The notes under the pieces: generated by a model | Seen by the model: only the letters and a program-made list of their open reading frames with translations | Database searches by the model: none | What the model was told of the DNA's origin: nothing | Assembly (NCBI GenBank): GCA_035551655.1 | Contig: DASZNA010000072.1 | Coordinates: 5,526-69,525, forward strand | DNA from: Solirubrobacteraceae bacterium | GTDB lineage: Bacteria > Actinomycetota > Thermoleophilia > Solirubrobacterales > Solirubrobacteraceae | Direction: 5' to 3' | DNA length: 64,000 nucleotides | Shown here: positions 50,277-59,941 of the stretch, piece after piece | Layout: each line of letters begins with the position of its first letter | How positions within the stretch are numbered: the stretch's first letter is position 1 | Made by a program: the position numbers and the translations under genes

Positions 50277-53048
50277 ATGATTGATCGACGTGTCGGGCGT
50301 CGTTTTCTGGTTGGCATCGGGTTGTTCGGCGTGCTGGTCCTGGCGCTGCTGGCCTCCGGGGCCGGCTCACGGGCCGCGGCCGCCACCACCAGTTCGGTCG
50401 GGTTCTCCCACGCGGTGGTGGTCGACGAGCAGCGCCCGGGCTTCGAGCCCGACGTGAAATATGCGCCCAACGGCACGATCTTCACCAGCGTCCCGTTCGG
50501 CTTCTCCACCACGCAGAGCTTCGTGTGGTCCTCCCGCGATCACGGCAACTCTTACCAGTTGACGCCCGGCAACATCGGCCCTGGCAAGCCGGCCACGTGT
50601 GCCGGGGGCGGCGACACCGACCTGTACGTCGATCCCGGGAGCGCTCTGTACTTCTCCGATCTTCAGGGGCTGACGAACATCTCCAACAGCGTGAGCACGG
50701 ACGGAGGCGCCACCTGGAGCACCAACTGTGCGGGCGCGCCGAACGCGCCGGATGACCGCATGTGGTTCACCGGCCAGGGCAGCCTGGCCAAGAGCAATCT
50801 GCGCCTGTTCCAGGACTACGACGTGGTCGGCGGCTCGGGCGGTGGGGGAAACGCCCTGGTTGAGACCGCCTCCACCAATGGCACCGTGTTCACCCCGGTC
50901 GTGAACACCAGTCCCAGCAGCGACTGCGCCGGGATCGCTTTGCATGACTGCGTCACCGGCAACGAGGGCATCTCCGGCAACCAGGTCGAGGATCCCGGGA
51001 CGGGCAACATCTACATCGCCCACACCACGACCGAGGGTTCGAGTGGCGAGGTGGGGGTGCGCGTGTCCGAGGGCAAGATCAGCTTCGGCACGCCGACCAC
51101 GGCCACCTGGACGGAGAGCCCGAATCTGGACGGGCCGCTGTGCCCGAGCAGCCCCAGGACCTCTGACGGGAGCCACAGCTGCGTTGACTCGAGCGGCAAC
51201 CCGGAGGAGATCGCCGGCGAGAACTTCGCCAGCATCGCCCGGGACTCGGCCGGCTACCTGTACGTGACCTTCACCGCCGGGCCGCTCGACCATGCCAGCG
51301 GCAGCGATCCCAACTTCGGCGCCCTCGACGCGCCCGAGCAGATCTACGTGGTCCACTCGCTGCAGCCGACCGGCAGCGACCCGTCCAAGCTGACGTGGTC
51401 CGCTCCCAGGAAGATCTCCGGCAGCGGTCTGAGCGCGGGCACCAACACCTTCCCGTGGGTCGCCGCCGGAAGCAACGGGCGAGTCGACGTGGCCTTCTAC
51501 CACACGCCTGAGCTCAGTGAGAAGGGCACCTGCGCCAGCGGCTCGGGCACCTGCACCAACTACGGGGCCAGCTCCCTGCAGAACGCCGAGTGGAACGTCG
51601 AGATGGCGCAGAGCCTGGATGCCCACGGTGCCTCGCCGACCTATCGGGCCTCATACGTCAGTGAGGCGCCGGTCAAGCACGGGGCCATCTGCACCAACGG
51701 CATCGGTTGTGCCACCGGCGGCGATCGCAGCCTGGGCGACTTTCTCCAGGTGACCCCCGATGCCAAGGGCGCGGCGCTTGTCTCCTACGTGTTCGACACC
51801 TCGGCCAACACCTCAGCCGGCGAGGATGCCGGACCCGAGGTGATCAGCCATCAGATCAGCGGTCCCAGCCTGATCTCGGGCACCGTCGGTCAGGGCAACG
51901 GACCCGGGCGCCCCACCGGTTCGGTCAGCGATCCCACCGGAGATGCCGACTACTCGGCCAACGGCACCCGAACGCCCGATACCACGGGCAACCTCGACCT
52001 GACCGGCGCCTCGCTGGCCAACGGCCCGGGAACTGCGCTGACCGCGCGGATCGACGTCAAGAACCTGCACACGCTCACCCCCGGCGCCAGCCTGGGCGGT
52101 GCGGACGCCAGCTGGCTGATCCGCTGGACGCAGGTCAACCCGGGCACCACCGGCAACGGCCATATCTACTACGCGGGAATGGATAACAACGCGGGCGCCG
52201 GCGGGGCGGGTACGCCGACCTTCTTCGCGGGTGACACGGCGGGGATCCCCCCGTCCAACGGGTCGGAACACACCAAGTACCTCACCTATCCCCAGACGCA
52301 CGTGCTGAGCTCCTCGCAGGCGTCCTACAACGCCTCCACCGGCGTCATCACCCTGCACGTCCCTCGGGCTGACGTGGGCAACCCATCCAACGGCAAGGTC
52401 CTCTATAGCGTCACCGCCTTCACGGCCACCTCGGCCACTCCGCAATCCGCGACGACGTTGTTCAATCTGATCGACTCGGCCACGCCGTTTGACTTCGTGG
52501 TCAATTCGCCGGCCACCAGCATCACGCCGCCCGGCTACTCCCAGGGGGGTAAGACCTCGGCTCGCTGCGCGGCGGCCACCGGCCGGCTTCATCGGGGCAC
52601 CGTAGGTCGGCTCAGCCTGGGTATGACGCGCAGCCGGGCCCGCCGGCAGATCACCCATTACGCCAGTCACGGACGCGCGCACGAGGACTTCTTCTGCCTG
52701 CGCCCCAAGGGGATCCGGGCCGGCTACGGGTTCAAGCGGCTGCTCCGGCCATTACGGGCGGCCCAGCGCCGGCACCTGAACGGCCGGATCGTGTTCATGA
52801 GCACGGCCGCGCACCGCTACCGGTTGCACGGCGTGCGACCGGGCATGACCGTGGCCGCCGCCAGCCGGAGGATGCATCTCAGCGGCCGCATGAAGCTCGG
52901 CTACAACGTCTGGTACCTGGCGCCGAACGGCTCCACCCGAGGGACGCTGAAGACCCGGCACGGCAAAGTGCTGGAGGTGGGGCTGGCCAACCAGGCGCTG
53001 ACCTCAAGTCGAACTCGGGAGAAGCGGCTGCTCCTCGCCCTGGGCTAG
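50277..53048 (+). CDS. Large secreted sialidase-like (Asp-box/BNR) beta-propeller protein with a basic C-terminal domain
   Basis: Signal peptide; SRDHGNSY and STDGGATW Asp-boxes; DRMWF and LGDF; Arg-rich C-terminal ~160 aa. Confidence 0.75.
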   Translation: MIDRRVGRRFLVGIGLFGVLVLALLASGAGSRAAAATTSSVGFSHAVVVDEQRPGFEPDVKYAPNGTIFTSVPFGFSTTQSFVWSSRDHGNSYQLTPGNIGPGKPATCAGGGDTDLYVDPGSALYFSDLQGLTNISNSVSTDGGATWSTNCAGAPNAPDDRMWFTGQGSLAKSNLRLFQDYDVVGGSGGGGNALVETASTNGTVFTPVVNTSPSSDCAGIALHDCVTGNEGISGNQVEDPGTGNIYIAHTTTEGSSGEVGVRVSEGKISFGTPTTATWTESPNLDGPLCPSSPRTSDGSHSCVDSSGNPEEIAGENFASIARDSAGYLYVTFTAGPLDHASGSDPNFGALDAPEQIYVVHSLQPTGSDPSKLTWSAPRKISGSGLSAGTNTFPWVAAGSNGRVDVAFYHTPELSEKGTCASGSGTCTNYGASSLQNAEWNVEMAQSLDAHGASPTYRASYVSEAPVKHGAICTNGIGCATGGDRSLGDFLQVTPDAKGAALVSYVFDTSANTSAGEDAGPEVISHQISGPSLISGTVGQGNGPGRPTGSVSDPTGDADYSANGTRTPDTTGNLDLTGASLANGPGTALTARIDVKNLHTLTPGASLGGADASWLIRWTQVNPGTTGNGHIYYAGMDNNAGAGGAGTPTFFAGDTAGIPPSNGSEHTKYLTYPQTHVLSSSQASYNASTGVITLHVPRADVGNPSNGKVLYSVTAFTATSATPQSATTLFNLIDSATPFDFVVNSPATSITPPGYSQGGKTSARCAAATGRLHRGTVGRLSLGMTRSRARRQITHYASHGRAHEDFFCLRPKGIRAGYGFKRLLRPLRAAQRRHLNGRIVFMSTAAHRYRLHGVRPGMTVAAASRRMHLSGRMKLGYNVWYLAPNGSTRGTLKTRHGKVLEVGLANQALTSSRTREKRLLLALG

Positions 53049-53068
53049 CGCCCCCGGCGGGTTGCTCT

Positions 53069-53533
53069 TTAGGCCGCGGCCGCGGGAGCGGTCTCGGCCA
53101 CCCGCCGCTCAGCGCCCCGCAGCGCGCGAGCCAGCAGCTGGTGGAGCTGGGCCCGCTCCTCGCCGTCAAGTGCCCCGAGGACCTGGTCCTCGATCTCCTG
53201 CTGGGCCGCGGCGGCGCGCTCCAGGGTCTGCCGGCCGCTGTCGGTGATGAACACCCGATGCCGCCGGCGGTCACCGGAATCCCGCCGGCGCTCCAGGTAG
53301 CCGGCCTCCTCGAGCTCGTTGAGCAAAAGCACGACGTTCTTGGCGTCGATGCACAGCGCGTCCACGAACTCCTGCTGGGGCGCTCCGTCGTGGTCGCCCA
53401 GGTAACTGAGCGCCATCAGCAGGCGGAGCTCGAGTCCCATCCGCTCTGGATCGGCCCGGCGCATGACCTGCTTGGCCAGTCGCGGAAGCAGCACCATCGT
53501 GCTAGCTGGGCTGAAGGGGCACTCATCGTTCAT
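53069..53533 (-). CDS. MarR-family regulator
   Basis: LEEAGYLERRRDSGDRRRH. Confidence 0.92.
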   Translation of the reverse strand: MNDECPFSPASTMVLLPRLAKQVMRRADPERMGLELRLLMALSYLGDHDGAPQQEFVDALCIDAKNVVLLLNELEEAGYLERRRDSGDRRRHRVFITDSGRQTLERAAAAQQEIEDQVLGALDGEERAQLHQLLARALRGAERRVAETAPAAAA

Positions 53534-53660
53534 GGGGCGAGGATTGTAGCGCAATTTAGGGATCCTTGCACGTTTGCCAATTGTGAACGTTTAGCAATTA
53601 GTCCTTGCTCCGGAAATGATTCTTGGTATGGTAGTGCTCACCTCCGTACCAAAGGATCTT

Positions 53661-55154
53661 ATGAGCCCATCATCTCCCTCCAAGACCGTCTCGCCCAATC
53701 GCTGGGCCGTCCTCGGCCTGCTCGGTGTCGCGCAGCTGATGGTCGTGCTGGACGCGACGGTCGTCAACATCGCGTTGCCTTCCGCGCAGCACGCCCTGCA
53801 TTTCTCGGCCGAGAATCGCCAGTGGGTGATCACGGCCTACGCGCTGTCGTTCGGCAGCCTGCTCCTCGTGGGGGGCAAGCTCGGCGACCTGTTCGGGCGC
53901 AAGTGGACGTTGATCGCCGGCCTGGCCGGGTTCTCTATCGCCTCGGCGGTCGGCGGATCGGCCCAGTCGTTCGGCATGCTGGTTGGCGCCCGCGCCCTCC
54001 AGGGTGTGTTCGGCGCGTTGCTTGCCCCGTCAGCCCTCGGGTTGCTCACCGTCACCTTTCAGGGATCGCCCGATCGCCCCAAGGCTTTCGGCATCTTCAG
54101 CGCCATCGCCGCGGGGGGCGCCTCGTTCGGCCTGCTGCTCGGAGGCGTGCTGACCCAGGCAATCTCCTGGCGCTGGAGCCTCTACGTCAACCTGGCGATC
54201 GCCGTGCCGACGCTCATCGTGGCGCTACGATTGCTGGACAATCCGCGCCTGGCCGAGCGCCCGCGGATCGACTTCCCGGGTGTGGCGGCGGCGTCCGGTG
54301 GCCTGTTCGCGCTGGTCTACGGCTTCTCGAACGCCGAGACGACGTCCTGGTCAAACCCGGTGACGGTGGTCGCGCTCTCCGTGAGCGTCGCGCTACTGGC
54401 GCTGTTCGTGGCCATCGAGCGGCGGGCCTCCCATCCGTTGCTGCCACTCCACATCGTGCGGGATCGCGCCCGCGGAGGTGCCTACGCATCGATCGCGCTG
54501 GCCGGCTCGGCTGTCTTCGCGGTCTTCCTGTTCCTGACCTACTACCTGCAGCAGAACCTCGGCCTGTCGCCGCTGATGAGCGGCCTCAGCTTCCTGCCGA
54601 TGACGGCCATGATCGTCCTCACCTCCACCACGGTGCAGACCCGGGTGCTTCCGCGCACCGGAGCCCGGCCGCTGGTGGTGGCGGGCATGACGCTCGGGGT
54701 GGCGGCGATGATCCTATTCACCCGATTGAACCCTCACGGGGCCTACGCGGCTGACGTGCTTCCGGGCCTGCTGCTCACCGGAGTCGGCATGGGTCTGATC
54801 TTCGCCCCGGCGTTCTCCACCGCGACGCTCGGAGTGCGCAACAGCGACGCCGGCGTGGCCTCCGCGATGGTCAACACCTCGCAACAGGTGGGAGGCTCAG
54901 TCGGCACCGCGTTGCTCAGCACGATCTTCGCCAGCGCCGCGGCGAGCTTCGTTACGGTTCACGGGCACGCCGGCGCGATCGCCGGCGCCGCGGCCATCCA
55001 CGGGTACACCACGGCGTTCACCTGGGCCGCCGGAATCTTCGGTCTGGGCCTTCTCGTGGCGCTGTTCGTACTACCTGGCAACCGCGCCGCGAACGTTCAG
55101 ACGGTCCACGCTGAGCCCGGCAGCGAGCTGGCTCTCAGCTTCGAGGCGGCATGA
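53661..55154 (+). CDS. DHA2 MFS transporter
   Basis: VLDATVVNIALP and GGKLGDLFGRK. Confidence 0.93.
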   Translation: MSPSSPSKTVSPNRWAVLGLLGVAQLMVVLDATVVNIALPSAQHALHFSAENRQWVITAYALSFGSLLLVGGKLGDLFGRKWTLIAGLAGFSIASAVGGSAQSFGMLVGARALQGVFGALLAPSALGLLTVTFQGSPDRPKAFGIFSAIAAGGASFGLLLGGVLTQAISWRWSLYVNLAIAVPTLIVALRLLDNPRLAERPRIDFPGVAAASGGLFALVYGFSNAETTSWSNPVTVVALSVSVALLALFVAIERRASHPLLPLHIVRDRARGGAYASIALAGSAVFAVFLFLTYYLQQNLGLSPLMSGLSFLPMTAMIVLTSTTVQTRVLPRTGARPLVVAGMTLGVAAMILFTRLNPHGAYAADVLPGLLLTGVGMGLIFAPAFSTATLGVRNSDAGVASAMVNTSQQVGGSVGTALLSTIFASAAASFVTVHGHAGAIAGAAAIHGYTTAFTWAAGIFGLGLLVALFVLPGNRAANVQTVHAEPGSELALSFEAA

Positions 55155-55333
55155 TGGCCCGCCAGATGAAATTGAGGCCTCGCTCAGAGAGTGGATCGAC
55201 GTTGCGGGCGCGTCGGGCCGAGTGTCGACCGGCCCCTCCGCCGCCCGCCCCGCGCCGGTTGCGGCGGTGGGACGTCGCCGAGCTTCTGATAGCCGCCACG
55301 GTGCGGCCTCAGTCCGGTGGCGGTCCACAGTGA
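55151..55333 (+). CDS. Small hypothetical bridging ORF (60 aa)
   Basis: ATGA overlap with the MFS stop; ends inside the start region of the next gene. Confidence 0.35.
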   Translation: MMARQMKLRPRSESGSTLRARRAECRPAPPPPAPRRLRRWDVAELLIAATVRPQSGGGPQ

Positions 55334-56435
55334 ACCGATAGTCGGGACCAGCGCGCCGCCCGCGCTCGGGCGGCGCGCGGTCGTGCGGCGACTGGCCGCT
55401 GGGGCGCTGCTGGCGATCTGCCTGCTCACCGTCTTGCTCGCGGTCCCTGATCTGCGGCCCGTGGTGCACGAGGTGCGCGAGATGGACCCCGCCCTGGTGC
55501 TCGCCGCGCTCGGGCTGGAGCTCGCGTCCTGCCTGAGCTTCGTCACCGTCTTTCGGCTGTTCTTCCCGGCCATCCCCAGGCGGCCTGCCCGGGAGCTCGC
55601 GTGGACGCAGATGGGGTCCGGTGCGCTGCTACCCGGCGGCGGCATCGGTTCGCTCGCCGCCGGTGGCTGGCTCCTGCACCTGGCCGGGATGCCGGGCCGG
55701 GAGATCGTTCGCCGCTCGAGCGGGTTGTTCTTCCTGACCAGCGCGATCAACGTGCTCGTGCTCGGCCTGGCCGGTGCCCTCCTGCTACTACAGGGGCCCG
55801 ACGGGGCGAAGGGCGTGCTCCTGGGTGGACTGCCCGTGTTGACGGCGGTCACCGCCGTGGCGGGCACGCTCTGCCTGCCGCCGCTGGCCCGGCGGATTGG
55901 CGCCGGGCACCCTCGCGCCGGCTGGATCGAGGCACTCGGTCAGGGGATCCCCGACGCCCGGCAGGCGATCACGCGGCCCAGCTGGGGCCTGCTCGGAGCG
56001 ACGGGCTACCTCCTGCTCGACATCGCGGTGCTCTGGGTCTGCCTGGCCGCGGTGGGGCCGGCTCCTCCGGCCGCGGCGCTGGTCGTCGCCTACCTTGTCG
56101 GCTACCTGGCCAACGCGGTGCCCGTGCCAGGCGGCGTCGGTGTGCTCGACGTGGGTCTGGTCGGGGCGCTTGCGCTCTACGGTCTGCCGCTCGACCACGC
56201 GGCGGCTGGGGTCCTCGTCTACCACGCCATCGCTTTCTGGATCCCCGCCATCGGCGGCACCGTCGCCTATGGGCGCCTGCGGCATGGAGACCTGCCGTCC
56301 GCCGCCGCCGGCTCGCTTACCATCCTGCGCGAGGTACGAGAGCCCGATGTCAGTTCCCCCAGAACGCCCCCCGGCGCGCCCTCCTGGAACACCGCCAGCG
56401 CAGGACGCGCCCACGCGCGTAATTCAGCCGGCTGA
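55317..56435 (+). CDS. Lysylphosphatidylglycerol-synthase TM-domain (UPF0104/flippase-like) protein
   Basis: Multi-TM; LLPGGG and VPVPGGVGVLD. Confidence 0.85.
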   Translation: MAVHSEPIVGTSAPPALGRRAVVRRLAAGALLAICLLTVLLAVPDLRPVVHEVREMDPALVLAALGLELASCLSFVTVFRLFFPAIPRRPARELAWTQMGSGALLPGGGIGSLAAGGWLLHLAGMPGREIVRRSSGLFFLTSAINVLVLGLAGALLLLQGPDGAKGVLLGGLPVLTAVTAVAGTLCLPPLARRIGAGHPRAGWIEALGQGIPDARQAITRPSWGLLGATGYLLLDIAVLWVCLAAVGPAPPAAALVVAYLVGYLANAVPVPGGVGVLDVGLVGALALYGLPLDHAAAGVLVYHAIAFWIPAIGGTVAYGRLRHGDLPSAAAGSLTILREVREPDVSSPRTPPGAPSWNTASAGRAHARNSAG

Positions 56436-56928
56436 GCCTGTACGGCCCGTTGCAGACGTTCCTCCGGCTGCGGCCGTGCCCGCGGAGCCGGCTTTCTGGA
56501 GCCTCGACTCGCTGCGCACAGGCCTGGCCATGGTCGGAGTCCTCGCTGCCGTTGCCCTTGGCGTGGCGGTCTGGGCTCTCCTGCGCGACCACAACTCCCG
56601 GCCGGCCATCGTCCGCTCAGGCCCTCCGCCGGCCCAGCTCGCCGCGCTGACGCGGCAGGTGCAGACGCTGTCGGTTGAGGTGCGCTCGCTTCGAGCCTCC
56701 ACCCGAGCAGCGGCCAAGGACGCGGCTGGGGCCCAGCGCGGAGTCAGTGAGCTGAAGACCTCAGCCCGCAAGACATCGGCACGGTTCGCTGGGACGGCCT
56801 CAACGCAACAGGTTTCACACCTGCAGACGGAAGTGAACAAGCTCTCGTCACAGGTGGCTCAGCTGAGCTCGAATCAGCAGTCGCAGACCACTACGCAGAC
56901 CACGACCAGCACCACGTCGGGCGGCTGA
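56347..56928 (+). CDS. Hypothetical single-TM coiled-coil protein
   Basis: ATG at 56347 after GAGGT; Pro-rich N-terminus, TM, heptad repeats and a Thr-rich tail. Confidence 0.7.
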   Translation: MSVPPERPPARPPGTPPAQDAPTRVIQPAEPVRPVADVPPAAAVPAEPAFWSLDSLRTGLAMVGVLAAVALGVAVWALLRDHNSRPAIVRSGPPPAQLAALTRQVQTLSVEVRSLRASTRAAAKDAAGAQRGVSELKTSARKTSARFAGTASTQQVSHLQTEVNKLSSQVAQLSSNQQSQTTTQTTTSTTSGG

Positions 56929-56959
56929 GCGCAGGCCGCCCTCGCCTCGGCCGGGAGGG

Positions 56960-57619
56960 TTACGGGCCGAGCAGCTCGCGTTCGAGGCTCCGCCGGATCA
57001 GTGCCTCCGCAGCGGCTCTCGTCCAGCCGCATTGGTTGATCAACGCCCGGAGCGTGTCCGGCGAGGCGATCGCGAACACGATGTCAGCGACCTCCTCGGC
57101 GCTCAGCCCATCTCGCCATGTACCGGGAGCGACACCGAGGCCGAGCAGCTGCAACGGACCCTCGCGCCGGCCGCGTTCCATCTGCTCGAGGAACGCGGCG
57201 ACATCGGCTTCGGCGGAAGCGGTGGCCCGGAGCACATCGAGCATTGGGGTGATCCGGGGACTCACGTCGCCGATCTGCTTGACGTAGCGAGCGAGCTTCC
57301 GGCGCGGGTCGGGCTCGGCGGCCAGTTCGCGGGCCCACCTGCGCTCACCCGGATGAGTCTGCGGGTCCTCTGAGCCGGCTACCAGGCGGGCGGCACAGGC
57401 GGCCAAGAGCGCGGGCTTGTTCCCGTAGGCCAGGTAGATCGTTTGCACATGGACACCGGCTTCGTCGGCCACCGCTTGCATCGTCGTGGCCGTGTAACCG
57501 TCGCGGGTGAATAGGGCGGCCGCCGCCTCCTCGACCCGCTGTCGAGTGTCTGAGCCGCGCTGGCGGCGCGATCGCTCCGGCGGCCCGGCCGCATGCTCAT
57601 CAGAGGGTCGGCTTGACAT
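56960..57619 (-). CDS. TetR-family regulator
   Basis: GYTATTMQAVADEAGVHVQTIYLAYGNK. Confidence 0.92.
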   Translation of the reverse strand: MSSRPSDEHAAGPPERSRRQRGSDTRQRVEEAAAALFTRDGYTATTMQAVADEAGVHVQTIYLAYGNKPALLAACAARLVAGSEDPQTHPGERRWARELAAEPDPRRKLARYVKQIGDVSPRITPMLDVLRATASAEADVAAFLEQMERGRREGPLQLLGLGVAPGTWRDGLSAEEVADIVFAIASPDTLRALINQCGWTRAAAEALIRRSLERELLGP

Positions 57620-57623
57620 CGTG

Positions 57624-57659
57624 CATATAGTAGCACTATATAGTGCAACTATATAGTGC
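57624..57659. promoter_or_regulatory. Tandem palindromic TetR operator
   Basis: Perfect GCACTATATAGTGC (57633-57646) and ACTATATAGT (57648-57657) between the divergent TetR and glycosyltransferase genes. Confidence 0.75.
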
Positions 57660-57676
57660 GGATCGGGAGGGATGTA

Positions 57677-58858
57677 ATGCGAGTTCTCTGCAGCACTACG
57701 CCGATGGACGGGGTATTCGGCCCGTTCATCCCCCTCGGGCGAGCGCTCGCCGCGGGCGGGCACGAGGTGATCGTGGTCAGCGGCGCCAACCTGCGCGGGC
57801 GTGCCACCGAGAATGGCATGGAGTTCGTGGAGGCCGGGCTCTCCGCCATGGCCGGGGTGATGGAGGCGATGGGGGATACCGAGGTCAAGCAGGCTCCGGC
57901 CGGCGACCGGATCCGCTTCCCGGCCGCGATGTTCGGGCTGGTTCACCCGGCGGCCAAGCTTCCGGTCCTGCGGAAGCACGCCGAATCGCGTCCCATCGAT
58001 CTGGTGGTGCACCCTCCGGTCGACCTGGCCGGACCCCTGCTGGCTGCGGAGCTTGGCCTGGACTCGGTCTGCTACGGCTTCGGCCAGCCGTTTGACGCTG
58101 AGGTCCTGGCGGCGATGGCGAAGCGAGCTCGGCCGCTGTGGGAGGCCGCGGGCCTCGCGCCAGACCCGCACGGCGGCATCTATCGCGGCCGCTACCTCGA
58201 CCCCCGCCCGCCACGGCTGCGCGCCGAGGAGGCAGTGCCCGCGGAGGCCGGCATCCAGCCGATTCGTCCGGAGCTCCCGGGCGAGCCCGACGCGCCCCTA
58301 CCTGCCTGGGCGGATCAACTGGGCAGCCGTCCCGTGGTCTACGTGTCGCTCGGGACCGTGCCGCTGTTCAACCAGCCCGACAAGTTCGCTCCGCTGCTCG
58401 CCGGGCTGGAGGGCCAGGACGCAGAGAGTGTCGTGACGGTCAGCGAGCTCAACGACCCCGCCGCGCTCGGCGACCTGCCGCCCAGCGTGCACGTTGAGCG
58501 CTGGCTGCCGCTGGCCCCGCTGTTGCCGCGCTGCGATGCCGTCCTCTGCCACGGCGGCACCGGTACAACGCTGGCCGCGCTCGTCGCCGGGCTGCCGCTC
58601 GTCATGGTCCCCCAGGGCGCAGATCAGTTCGACAACGCCCGCGCCTGCGAGCGAGCCGGCGTGGCCCGCGTCCTCCGTCCGGACCAGATCACCGCCGACG
58701 CGGTCGCCGACGCCGTCAGCGCCGTTCTGGCTCCCGGGTCGCCCGAGCGGGCGGCCGCACAAGAGATCGCCGGAGAGATCGCCGAGATGCCGTCCGCCGA
58801 GGAGGTCGTGGAGGTCCTTCAGTCGGGCGGTGACGCCACGGGACAGGCGGCGGTATAA
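57677..58858 (+). CDS. GT1 glycosyltransferase (EryCIII/MGT-like)
   Basis: MRVL..P..PLGRAL, VYVSLGT, HGGTGT and PQGADQFDNA. Confidence 0.92.
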   Translation: MRVLCSTTPMDGVFGPFIPLGRALAAGGHEVIVVSGANLRGRATENGMEFVEAGLSAMAGVMEAMGDTEVKQAPAGDRIRFPAAMFGLVHPAAKLPVLRKHAESRPIDLVVHPPVDLAGPLLAAELGLDSVCYGFGQPFDAEVLAAMAKRARPLWEAAGLAPDPHGGIYRGRYLDPRPPRLRAEEAVPAEAGIQPIRPELPGEPDAPLPAWADQLGSRPVVYVSLGTVPLFNQPDKFAPLLAGLEGQDAESVVTVSELNDPAALGDLPPSVHVERWLPLAPLLPRCDAVLCHGGTGTTLAALVAGLPLVMVPQGADQFDNARACERAGVARVLRPDQITADAVADAVSAVLAPGSPERAAAQEIAGEIAEMPSAEEVVEVLQSGGDATGQAAV

Positions 58859-58901
58859 CCGTGCTAGGTGGCACGTGGGCGTCGCCCTACTCTCGCTAAC
58901 T

Positions 58902-59657
58902 ATGTCCAGGATCACGGCTGAGGAACGCTTTCGGCAATGGCATATGTCTTGGACGGAGCGACTGTGCGAGGAGGCGAGACCGTTCTCCCACGGGACGGTG
59001 TTGCGCAGTCATCGCCTCCGCGATTACTGGGAGTACAACTGCATTCGGTTGGACAGAGCGATGGACGCGCGCGAAATGATCGCGGCCGCTGACCGCGAGC
59101 TCGCCGACTGCGCGCACCGGTTCGTCGAGTGGATGATCCCCATGCCCGAACGGGTGGTCGACGAGCTCCGCGAGATGGGGTGGATGGCGAACCCTCTCGT
59201 GTTCATGCTGCATGACAGTCGCGTGCCTCCTGAGGGTGGCGGTGAGCTCGTCGAGGTGGAGCACGACGCGGTGCGTGAGCTGCGCGACATATGGCATCGA
59301 GAGGACTTCGGCGACCACACGGAGAACGAGGCCTTCTATGCGCAGGCCCGGGAGGTGGCTGAACTCGCGGACGTTCATGTGATCGCCGCGGTGGAAGAGG
59401 GTCGCCCATTGGGGTTCGCTCAGGTCGAGACGCACGACGGGGGCAGCGAAGTCAGCCAGGTGTTCGTCCACCCTGAGCGCCGAGGTGTTGGGCTCGGCAG
59501 TGCGCTCACCGCGCGCGCCATCGCCGTGGGTGCAGAGGCTGCTCCTGACGTGTGGATCTGCGCCGAGCGCGATGGCCGCCCCCGCCGACTTTATGAGCGG
59601 CTCGGCTTCCGCGCGGTCCTCGAGACCGGCGCCGCAATCCTGCCGCCCAAGCCCTGA
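58902..59657 (+). CDS. GNAT acetyltransferase
   Basis: VFVHPERRGVGLGS and LYERLGF. Confidence 0.88.
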   Translation: MSRITAEERFRQWHMSWTERLCEEARPFSHGTVLRSHRLRDYWEYNCIRLDRAMDAREMIAAADRELADCAHRFVEWMIPMPERVVDELREMGWMANPLVFMLHDSRVPPEGGGELVEVEHDAVRELRDIWHREDFGDHTENEAFYAQAREVAELADVHVIAAVEEGRPLGFAQVETHDGGSEVSQVFVHPERRGVGLGSALTARAIAVGAEAAPDVWICAERDGRPRRLYERLGFRAVLETGAAILPPKP

Positions 59658-59793
59658 TCCGGCGAGCCGCCGCCTCGTCTCGCCGGCCCCAACGGGACGC
59701 GCATGGACCTCTTTGACTTTGCGAGTCGTATTGGGGGCATGCGGGGTCTCGATTCGCATTCTCCAGTGTTTGGGAGCGTGTAGGAGTGACGAT

Positions 59794-59931
59794 TTGAATG
59801 GCGATGCCGACCCGCTCAACGGGTTCGAGCGTGAAACGCGAGGGGTGGTCAGGATCAGCCTGGGACTTCTTGCCTTGCCTGTCCTGGCCCTCGGCATCGC
59901 CATGTTCGTCCTCGGTCTGCATGAGGGCTAG
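59794..59931 (+). CDS. Small single-TM protein (45 aa)
   Basis: AGGAG + 7 nt + TTG; (M)NGDADPLNGFERETRGVVRISLGLLALPVLALGIAMFVLGLHEG*. Confidence 0.55.
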   Translation: MNGDADPLNGFERETRGVVRISLGLLALPVLALGIAMFVLGLHEG

Positions 59932-59941
59932 GATCGTTCCG

